From: Catajapyx aquilonaris
Taxonomy: Eukaryota
Direction: 5' to 3'
Length of the DNA: 23,488 nt
NCBI GenBank assembly: GCA_000934665.2
Contig: KZ538044.1
Span: 124,001 to 147,488 of the forward strand
Shown here: piece after piece, positions 10,817 to 20,869 of the stretch
Position numbering within the stretch: the first letter of the stretch is position 1
How the letters are laid out: every line of letters starts with the position of its first letter
Translations under genes and position numbers: made by a program
Notes under the pieces: model-generated
The model's input: only the letters and a program-made list of their open reading frames with translations
Told to the model about the DNA's origin: nothing
Databases searched by the model: none

Positions 10817-12834
10817 ATGACGGAGAAAACAATAACTGTAACGACCAAGCTGCTTCCACCTTCTGATGAGATCCAAGTGTACAAAAAAAGATGGGCCATA
10901 TTGTTTCTATACTGCTGTTGCGCTGCAATGAGTTCATTTTACTGGATAGAAGCAGCAGTAATCCCCGCGTACTCTTATTATGGAATCCGTGGCTATTACT
11001 ATTTCATAGGGACTGATTTAACGTACGTGTTGCCAATAATTGTATTCATTCTGCCAGTCACCTACCTTCTGCAAATGAGGGTGCGTATGTCACTTGGATT
11101 GCTACTGTGACAGTATAACGCATGAGCACAATATTGTTTCCAGGGTCTCAGGATAACTCTTCTTCTGGGATTGATTTTGGCCGCGATCGGTGCTTGGATT
11201 CGTGTGTTATCAGTTTCACGCGATAGATTCCATGTACTTTTGATATCCCAAATTTTCGAGGGATTATCAGGCGCATTTTTCTTTCTGATTCCTCCCCGAT
11301 TGGCGGCAGTTTGGTTTGGGCCAAACCAAGTGTCCACTGCCTGTGGAATTGGTGCAATGTCCCTGCAGGTAAGCGGCATTTTAATTTTTACTTTCGGCAT
11401 GTGCGGCTGGTGAAATGAGTCTGACATAATTTTGAAATATGAGTTGCCTATTGTAACGATTGTGATGCTTTGCACGTACAGAAGACAAAACAGTACATGT
11501 TATGTCATACATGATCTATTATTAATTTATTATGACATCCTTTTATTGCACAGGCAGGTCAACTAATATCTTTTCTTGTCGTGGGCGTTCTTTTGCCTCA
11601 TGAAACTGCATATAATTTCATCGGTTTGGAAAAGGTTATGCAAATTTTGCATCTGGGAACAGCTGCAGTATCTACAGTTCTTCTCATCTTCGTATTCACG
11701 TGTAAGTAACTCCGAAATGTATTGACACTTACGTGGGATGTCATGTAATAATTCACCAAATAGACATTCCTTAGTTCACTGAATTCAAGTTAACGTACTG
11801 TACTTTTTTCCCATTCACTTTTAATTTATATACGGTATGCAGTAAAAAATGGCTTTGTTTTCCAGTGTTCACAAACGAACCACCTCATTCACCGAGCATT
11901 GCAGTGGTAGTATCCCAGGGCGAACAAAATAACTACAGGAAATCTCTCGGCAGCATACTCAAAAACGGAAATATCTGGTGTCTCTTATTTATTTACCTCT
12001 TCCTGACAGGAACTAACTTGTCGCTCTTCCAGAGTTTTATTTCAATTCCAGATGGTTACGTGAGTGATACTCTTCAATCTTTACGACTTTTTCGGTGTTG
12101 TAACAAATTGCACGAGTAATGTTTTATCTGCTTCTTTAACATGGGAAATGCACAACGGCATTGAACAGCAGGATGACTTCTTGTTAAATATGTGCTTGAC
12201 ATTTGGCCTCAACGTAATGGGAGGAATTTTCAGTGGAATACTCCTGGATAAGACACGCAGATTTAAGTGAGTATGCGTATGCCCATGCAAAATATTCAAT
12301 GACGAGTTGCTTTTTGCAACATACAGCATATACCCAGCCTTTCTTCTTTTAGACCAGCAAGCTCTGCAATTTACATCTTCGCATCCTTGGGAATATTAGG
12401 ATATTTGATCTGCCGAATTTTTATGGTGCCGTCGCTCAATTTGATTCGGGTTTTCTTCTTAATCACAGAGTAAGAGTTTATCGAGTGCCTAATGTCCTAT
12501 AAAATATGAATATGTCTCTAATTGATTTCTTGTCTCAAGATTTTTCATGGGAGCTTACATCACTATTGCCTACGAGTACGGCGTGGAATTGACTTATCCT
12601 CACCCCGAGGGAATATCCAGTGGAATAATAACCATGATATATTTTCTGTCTCACATTATCTTTGGAATCGTCCTGCGGATGTTCATTTCTAATTATGCAA
12701 ATCTTGTCTATGGACTTTCATTGTGCTCCTTAGTAGTCCTGGGATGTCTATTGACCTTTTGCACCAAACGTAAATACAAGAGACAGGAGGCTGCGTATGA
12801 GTCTTGTTACATACTAAGTAAAATGGATGAATAG
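10817..12834 (+). CDS. FLVCR-like: FLVCR/SLC49-family MFS transporter, paralogue D (7 coding exons, ~446 aa)
   Basis: Exons 10817-11080, 11144-11368, 11554-11701, 11866-12059, 12169-12266 (NAGNAG acceptor, alternative start 12172), 12353-12469, 12540-12834; 1341 nt open. Motifs: VYKKRWAIL, PPRLAAVWFGPNQVSTA, EPPHSPS, LDKTRRFK, ELTYPHPEGISSG, YKRQEA. Probable 5'UTR intron 10710-10794. Confidence 0.87.
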
Positions 12835-14689
12835 GGCCTTTCTCTTCCGAACTCTACATCGGGTTTCCCATATGTCAGCTCAGATCTGCATGGGTGTCGG
12901 AAATTCCGCAGACGCACCTGGCACTGGTTGACAGATAATAAGTTGCGAGACATACTGTCCCATGTCAGAGCAGCTAGGCAGTTGTTCGTGTAACTCTTAT
13001 CAAGAAAAATGCCAACTAACAGGAGCGTTCGCGTGATTTTTACCAATGCAGATCTGAGGAGGTCTTGCAGAACATACTGTTCAGTCTGCAATAATGGCCT
13101 ACAAAATTTTTCATGTAGCATGTGATTCAAAATGTGATGTAATAATAACAAGAGTCCAATTTGTTAATGTTTAATACAGAATAGGATATAGCATGCCCGG
13201 CAGGGAGCAAAATACAGAATTGTAGCATGTGGCAGCTGCATTTTTTTTAAATTAATGAAAACATTCAAATAATAATAATAATGGCGCCATAAGTCAATGT
13301 GCATTCAAATATCCATGCAATTTAATGACAAAAACAAAACATGGCGGCTTTCCTATTAGCTGCACAATTTTAATAGCAATGTCCCTTATAATAAAATGAG
13401 GCATAAGATCATACAGTATGTGTTCCCTCCAAGTAATAACTAATAAGTAGACCCTATTTTGAACAACATTATGTAGTCAATCAGTAGAATTATAATTAAA
13501 AGTGCTTATTAATGTATTCAAAAATTAATAAGCAATTGTAAAAATAAACCCAAACTGAAAAGTTTTTTTCTAAACGATTATTATTAGCCTATAACACTTC
13601 CGGGAACATTTCTAAATACTGTATAGTAGACTCAAAATTTTAATTGCGATCTACTGGACTTTACCAATAACAATGTGGACGTGACAGCAGACACGACGAT
13701 ATATGATAATTTTATTTCACTAAAATGTCACAAAAATGTACCATGGACTGTAATCCAAATAAAGTAGCCTACTTTATATCAAGCTTATTATCGGTATTTG
13801 TGTTATGTCGGGAATAAAATCCCGGTTTTCCACGACTGCTTATCATAACGATCTACAACCACTGGCGCTACTGAATATTTGTTTGTGCGAACAATGACAT
13901 ACAAATGTGTAATTAACAATTGCAAACTTCTGTAAATATGGTACTTTGCAAAACACATCTCATGTTGCCAAAGTATACAGTACGTACCACATCAGACACT
14001 AAATCGATCTAGCAATGTACACACTGTCTTGTACATCAGTATAATTATGTAAGTATAACTGGGTCATCTGTGATTCAAGACATTAGTTGCCTGGACTCCT
14101 CCAGTAATGAATGAAAATGCTAGGAAAAAATCTTGTTTGAATTTCGCTCTCGTTTGGCAGTGTTTGGCCAATTGCGCCGCGCATACGGTGCGGAGAACTT
14201 GTGAACTAGTGGAATAATTCAAGGTCAGTAGAGAGATACGCACGCATTGCTATTGATATTATTAAATATGTTGTGGAGCCTAGTGGTTATTTTAGTGCAA
14301 CAATTATAATATAAAAATGCAGCAACTTGTAAGTGCAACTTGCTTACATTGTAATATCTAAATGTTTTGACAAACATTACTACTCAATAGTAATACAGGT
14401 TTATTATAAATGCAGCACATTTCATGCTGATAATTTTTACTCATAAATTACGTGCATCTGGCACCTCCAAGTAGCCTTTTCCCATCACGGCTACTGAATT
14501 AGCAGCTATTTCCGCCAAATATATTTCCCAAAAAAGGATCAGTTGACAATAAATTTTCCGCCCATCACGCACAAAGGCAATCTCTAAAACCGCGATCAAC
14601 AAGTTCCTATCCATAAAACCGATCTGTGGGCAATCAGTGTCCACGAAAACAAAGTAGCAGTTCCTTTACTCCTCCCATGAGCAGCAGCT

Positions 14690-15063
14690 TGGCTATCCGG
14701 GTAATGTCCGTGGGCAGCAGCAGTCAGATGAAGTGCAGAAGAAGCGTAGCCAAATGTAAAATGGTGGCCGCCCAATCCAGGAAGTGAGGCCCCGTATCCT
14801 CCTCCTCTCCTCCTCCCGTCCTCCGCCTCGTCGCTCTCTCCCTGCTTCCCGGACGCAAGGCACGACCTCTCTCCCTGCCCCTGCCTGGCTGTCCGCCCCT
14901 TGCCTTGCCCGATCGCCCCTACCACTGCCCGGGGGCCTTGCAAGCGTGACCAGTCCGTCCCGTGACCCCCGACACCGCTTGACAACATTTGCCCAGCACG
15001 CGTTGGGGGCCACAACACAGTACACAACCAACCTCCTGGCTGGCAGGCACCTACACGCGAGTG
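14690..15063 (+). promoter_or_regulatory. GC/CpG-rich 5' region of the BTB-ZF gene (promoter / 5'UTR / first intron)
   Basis: Abrupt rise in GC and CpG before the ATG. YY1/pho-like aaaatggtggc (~14758), ETS-like caGGAAGTg (~14778), candidate donor g|gtaatg at 14701, candidate acceptor ggcAG at 15045-15046. TSS not locatable. Confidence 0.4.
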
Positions 15064-18000
15064 ATGGAGGAGGACCAGCTCTGCCTGCACTGGAATGACT
15101 TCCAGCCCACCCTGACCTCTGCCTTCGCGGAGCTCAGGGTGGAGGAGGCCTTCGTGGACGTCACCCTGGCCTGCGAGGGGAGGCAGGTGCAGGCCCACAA
15201 GCTGGTCCTCTCCGCCTGCAGCCCCTTCTTCAGGGAGTTGCTCCAGAGGAACCCCTGCCAGCACCCTATCATCATTCTGCAGGATGTGCGCTTCCAGGAC
15301 CTGGCAGCCATTGTCGATTTCGTCTACCGGGGGGAGGTCTACATACGGCAGGAGAACCTCAACTCATTCCTGCAGGCAGCCGCACAGCTCAAGATTTACG
15401 GGCTGGCCAAGGAGGACTATTGCAAGGTGGTCGTGGGTTGTTGACTTACAGGGCTAGAAATGGAACCAGGGCCACGCTAGTTCATTACTGGGTATATGTC
15501 AAGAATATAGCTGAACAACTAATCTACATGTTTTACTAGGACACACTCTTACTTGATACTTGCGTCTGTAAACAAGGACCATTTTCAGGGAGAAATAACC
15601 AACCAGAAGTGGACTGTGGTTTAAAGATTGCTCTTCTGTTAGGACATGACGACAGTTCCACAGGGTCCCATATGTGTTGGTGATTATCTGTGTGGCTTTG
15701 GGGTGACTGCAACATTTCCAACCACCTTGTGCGCCTCAGACCAAGAAATAATATTCCTTGCACAAGACAGACAGTAATGCTGCGGATACAAACTCACAAA
15801 AAGCACCTTGCTTGCTACTCTCACTGTGACTAAAATCCTTTGGAATTGCAACAGACAGTGCCTGGCATGACCACAAACAGACAGTAAGGGTGCGCAGCAT
15901 CCCCAAAGCCGCACTCATTACACCAACACAAAAGATACCAGGACCCTGCACAACTATTGTGGTGTCTGAATCCTGTGACTGACCTTGGAACTACAGTAGT
16001 TTCAAATACCACCTGTAGTTGGTTCTTTCTCCCCAAAATGGCCCTCAGTACTACCAATGAGTTACATGAGTTTGTCTTAGTGAAACAAGTAGGTTATCTT
16101 CTTTATTTGTTAAGCAGCTATTCTGCACATTTACCCAGTTGAATGCCATTTTTCTTTACACCATGAAAATATCATAAAAACAAACTCCAGATTTAAATTA
16201 GGCATCAATTAGAGCCAGCTGCATGAACATAGCAAACTAGAGAGGTTGTTTTTATTAGCAGCCATATGTTTTGGGCCCAAGTTGTCCCTCGCTGTCGCTG
16301 TGAAAGCATATCTTGCATTACCCTCATGTGTTTTCAGTGCTTATATCATTTTATTTTCATTGATTTGATTGATTATGTACTGTATAATGAACCCTTTCTC
16401 TTCTTCGCCTTCCTCTCCACCAGCCACATTGCTACCCCTCACTGGTAATTTTTTATTTATTATATGCTATTTACATATTTTATTTGTTTAATTTTTAGTT
16501 CATTATTTAGGGCATTAATCATGTTATTTCTTACCTTAACCCTAATAAGACGGGCGGTTTTTTGGCATTTTTGCAAGAATCTGCAAAAAAATCATTTGCC
16601 TTGTCATTTGAGGGACCACATGTGACTATTCTAGTGAGTAACATCGTGTAGTGCCTAGGCTTGATCCTGAGGCCATAGTTGGGACTCTCCTGCCATACCA
16701 TGTGGAAATTTAAATTCTTAAAAGTCTCAACGGATGCCGCAGGGGTGCGTTTCGCGCTTACATATTTTTTCCTCCAATTTTTTGTCACTCCTGTGCTGAA
16801 AATAAGTATATGGGTATGTCGCACTAGCACATCTGAACAAATCTGAAAAAAGATGATGTCATTCAAGTTAATCTGGTTAATCTGGTGTATTTATGCATGA
16901 TTTTTTGTAGTCCAAAATTCGCGAGTTTTTCTGTGAGAGAAGATTTTAAAAAGCCACACAGAAACCACTTTACAGAGTGGGAAAACGCTGTAGTTTCGCC
17001 AGCAGAATTTTTTAAAGTTGCCATACCATGTCCGTTCTATAAGGATTAAATTATGTGTATTTACTGTCATCAAAATGGGTGTTGTTTAGGGCCTGGGAGC
17101 TGATTAATCCACTTTCCATTATATATTATGAGGAACATTGATAGGGACTTTGAACAATTCAGCATTCTAACGACCTCCTGGAACAAATTAAGTTCGAAGT
17201 ACGAGGCACCATTGTAGTGCCATTACTTATTAGTAGGCAGTAGCTTCTGAGCTGACTTTGACCTCCTGCCCTGAGCTTCTCAGTTTTTAGAGAAACAAAT
17301 TTTATTCCACAATTAGTGTTTTTTGGTTGTACATTTTTGGAGAACACTCACATTCTCTACAAGGGGTTATAGAATGGCACAGAGGAACATACATGAGTGA
17401 GCTTTTGTGGTAAACAAATTTCCTCTTGGCTTACAGAATATAAGGCATGATGGTGATGACTCAGATGATGCAGAAGAAGATGACCCCTCCCATCCTTCAC
17501 CTGCCCTTCCTGTTCCTAACCCCCCACAGATCCCACAGATCCCTCCCATCCCAAACCACCACCGTTGGTCCCCACCCAAGAAGCGTCCTCGCCCTGTCAG
17601 CCCTCCAACTCATCCATCAACCCCTTCCCCTCATCCGCCCCCTCCTGCTTCTGTTACTGATCTGAAAATTGAGCCACATGACCTGTCACACATGCTGGAA
17701 TGCACATTAGATGGAGAGGCCCCAACACAAGAGGAGAAGCCCCCAAAACGGGGTGGAGGTGGAGGAAGTAGTGGAGGTGGAAGCAGGAAGCGCAACCCTG
17801 TCCTATGCCCCATATGCTCCAAATCTCTGAGCCGCATGGACCACCTTCGCTCCCATCTCATGTATATCCACTCGGGGATGACCCCAAAGGCACTCTGCAA
17901 GTTTTGCAACAGGGTGTTCAAGAATGCTGAATCATTGAGGTCCCACATTGGGCTATACCACAAGGGGAGGCGAAGGCGGCAGGGGAACAACAATGGGGCA

Positions 18001-18183
18001 GAGGACAGGGGCCGAGCTGAAGAAGGTGAGAGATCTAGCCCCACGTTAGGAGACAGTGCTCGGTTGTCACCTAGCAATGCAGCAGCATCCAGCGCTTCCG
18101 GAGACTCAACAGCGTCATTGCAAGGGGACATTTCAGGCGACTCTAGTGATCCCAGAGTCAAGTCCGAGCCGGACACACAGTGA
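15064..18183 (+). CDS. Tramtrack/Broad-group BTB/POZ + two C2H2 zinc-finger transcription factor (~369 aa, or ~376 aa with the microexon)
   Basis: Exon 15064-15426 encodes a ttk-type BTB domain (LCLHWNDFQ, FVDVTLACEG, AHKLVLSACSPFF, HPIIIL, FVYRGEV, LKIYGL). Phase-0 splice to exon 17437-18183, which has an acidic/Pro-rich linker, CPICSKSLSRMDHLRSHLMYIH and CKFCNRVFKNAESLRSHIGLYH (Broad Z-like finger pair). Exact orthology not assignable by eye. Confidence 0.88.
15487..16139 (+). repeat. Long imperfect inverted repeat (fold-back H1) at the start of the BTB-ZF intron
   Basis: Nested complementary blocks, e.g. 15529-15548 with 16068-16087 (17/20), 15576-15612 with 16009-16044 (30/37), and 15661-15710 with ~15894-15948. 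Confidence 0.85.
16424..16444 (+). CDS. Candidate 21-nt frame-preserving microexon (PHCYPSL) of the BTB-ZF gene
   Basis: Long pyrimidine tract ccctttctcttcttcgccttcctctccacCAG, then CCACATTGCTACCCCTCACTG, then GTAATT. Phase 0-0, no stop codon. Confidence 0.6.
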
Positions 18184-18860
18184 CCAATGCTTGGTATCAT
18201 GTTTGTTCAGATTATATTTTTTTGTTTGAGGTAAGTGGAGGTAAAAATGAGGAGTGATTTCTGCAGGACAGATTCACTTTATCAACACTGCATTTGGGCC
18301 TGCCCTAAATCAACCATTTCAGATCAGGTTGAATTTTTAACCAAAGGAAAATTTTATCAAGAGGTTTTACAACATGATTATGAGGTTAAATTTTTTTGTC
18401 CAGTTAACACTATCTTGTTGGTAGCCACTACATGGTTGTATCACGTCTGTAGTGGTTTATAATTCATATAGGACCTTTTTTTTCTTGTAATTTTGACCCA
18501 TACTTGTTCAATTTACCTGTACACATGCACAGGCACAAAATATGTACAAGCAAAAAGCGACTTATATTGTACTTGAAGTGTGGGGTAGGAAGTGAGAAAA
18601 TTAACAGAAAATCATATAGTCGGGAGTAAACCGTCCAAATGAGAATATTTGTTGGCCCTATTGATCCAGAGTCCAGCTCAGGACTGCAGAAATGAAGGAG
18701 TAGCAGCCACTGCTTCTCTGTAAATTGGTTAATTTGTTCTAGCCCAAGAGTCCAACGCTGCTAATCTATTTTCAACCAATGCATCATAGCTACCTTGAAT
18801 TATTAACAATGAATGCGAGTGCATTGTGGATTCAAATGAAAAGGTGACAAGTGTTGTATC

Positions 18861-19530
18861 ACACTCCTCCAGCATGATATTTTTTTAAACAAGAGTGTGC
18901 CATTTTGTTACTGGTTCCATACATGACTTCACATGTGCGTGAAATGCGTATGGCGTCAAGAGTTCTTGGACGGAAATTTTTTATACCTACCTAGCAGGGT
19001 GAGTCATGTGTCTGTCCAGTGAGCCAGTTAAGGCCTGTTTACACTCTCACAACTTGATCCTTTGTCAGTCAACCAAAGTCCACCTGGTCTCTCAGATCTT
19101 AGTGACCACCGTTGGGACAAACAAGTAGATAGAAATTGTTTTGTTGTCCTGTTTTGCTAAAATGTACAGTTAATTCTGCAATGTCTCAGGTGCTGCAGTC
19201 ATGTTTTAAAACCACGTGTGCTTCTTGCAAGAGGCTCTCAACTTAACTCTGGAGGTCAAGGTCTTGGACAACCAATTTCAGAGATGGGTTAGGCCTGAAC
19301 GTCGTGTCCAGTAACTACCAGTTCATCCCAACATTGGTCAAGTCTTACGATTCGAAGGACATGGTGGACATCTGGTTGCACATTGGATGAGCACACGATT
19401 CACCCTGCTAGCTATCAAAAATTAGGTTCAAGAACACCTGGCCTCATACACATACGCACATGTCAAGTGGTGTATGGAACCGCTAAGAAATTGGCACACT
19501 TGGCATTTTTATATTATACTGAGGGCGTGT
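18861..19530 (+). repeat. Long imperfect inverted repeat (fold-back H2) downstream of the zinc-finger exon
   Basis: 18894-19025 aligns almost continuously with the reverse complement of ~19378-19500; inner blocks 19071-19128 with 19315-19377 and 19132-19149 with 19266-19279; apex near 19205. Confidence 0.88.
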
Positions 19531-20208
19531 TGTTTTTTGGACATACCTAATATATGAAATCATATTTTTGCTCCTGTTATATCACTCTTAAAAATTAATG
19601 TTGGTCACATAATTTTGTCACACAGTTGAAAATAATACATAATAGGTTATAAAAGTAACAAGTCCCAAACACATCCCATCTGCTGTTGCAATATCCTCTA
19701 AGACTGACAAGTGAGTTCACTGCCTCACTAAATATATCATCCCTTTCATTAACTCAACTTGATATCATTTTTCATGTTCTTTTTCGATATACTAATATTT
19801 TTAAATGGGCAATTAAATTTAACCTCAATCCATTTCAGTTGTTTGTTGCAGTCATATCTACATTGCTTGTGTACTGTAGTCACTTTGAAGTGGCCTAAAA
19901 TTCCTTGGCAGTTCCTATGCAATACATATCTGGCTGATGACTAGGTTTGACTGCATTGTTGGCAATGAATATCAAGTAATCTCTGGCCTGTTAAACATCA
20001 TTTGGTTTTAAAAGAATCGACTAAATTTGAAAAAGTGGCATTTGCAATGTTCATGTGGATATGTGAATGCTGTCCTGTGTACGTAATAATTCAGTACTAA
20101 TGAGATTTGTGGATGCTCTTAAGAGGTGTTTATGCAATTATCCAGATCAATGATCTTCTACCAAAGCATAATTGAGACCAAACTCAAAAATATCATGGAG
20201 TGTTATTT

Positions 20209-20869
20209 TCTAAGGCAATTGTTGATTCAGACCTTACAACATCGACAAATTCAGGTAGACTGTTATTTAATATAATGCATGATAGTAATTGGTGCGTAAT
20301 GAATCAAGCCTTATCCAACAGTAGTGCCTGAGCATGCCTTGTTGAGAAGCCTATTTACAAAATTAATTACGGGGTAGATGTGAGAACTGTAAGTTCGTAA
20401 AATCCAAGCGGGTAAGTGACAATAAGTGCCTTCTATAGTGTTTCCTTAAATGTAGGGTTCTGGTTTCTTCAAGAATTAGAATTGTTCAACAGAAGACTAA
20501 CTAAGAAAACAATGTAACTCAGGAAGCCTATCTTACTGTTATGCCTTGTTAAAGAAAATGTTTAAAATGAACAAAAAAAAAAATATTACCTAACTGGTGC
20601 TTCTCTTTTGTACCTTATTTTCAAGTGGGATTTAAATAATTATGAAGATATATTATTACCCATGCACATTGTATATTGTAATCACGTAATTAATGTTAGT
20701 CACGTATTCAGATAGTGCCTTAAGAGTAACTCATATCATTGACACTGTTCAAGTGGCCTTTTGATTCAGGGTCATGTATTGTTGTTGATTGGCACGCTGT
20801 AGTTACTACTACACATTTAAATATCACCTATGTGCAATTAATAAGGTGCTGATATATGAACTGTTTAGA
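20209..20869 (+). repeat. Degenerate long inverted repeat (fold-back H3)
   Basis: Short nested complementary blocks: 20227-20236/20842-20852, 20273-20283/20771-20781, 20300-20308/20760-20768, 20362-20371/20685-20694, 20410-20415/20656-20661. Confidence 0.5.

Noticed and set aside
14596..15311. Long minus-strand ORFs (222, 112 and 86 aa) and plus-strand ORF 14784..15098
   Set aside because: Shadow frames of the GC-rich BTB exon and its 5' region; no recognisable domain.
15684..16057. Cys-rich minus-strand ORFs (YCLSC, WCNEC) as antisense mod(mdg4)-style zinc-finger exons
   Set aside because: No correct C2H2 or FLYWCH spacing found; the composition is explained by fold-back H1.
16537..17070. 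TTAA-CCCT start of a possible piggyBac-like insertion in the BTB-ZF intron (relatively CpG-rich segment)
   Set aside because: No matching AGGG-TTAA end or coding remnant found; plausible but unsupported without a repeat search.
17073..17092. Possible competing pairings with ~18302-18319 or ~19660-19680
   Set aside because: Short, gapped matches; the first crosses the better-supported exon-flanking stem.
17631..18200. 189-aa minus-strand ORF
   Set aside because: Antisense shadow of the zinc-finger exon.
18426..18456. Small hairpin ccactaca...tgtagtgg sharing 10 nt with the 6689 palindrome
   Set aside because: Match too short to separate from chance.
19190..19260. TCASCKRLS after a possible acceptor, as an alternative zinc-finger exon
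   Set aside because: In-frame stop follows almost immediately and the His ligands are missing.
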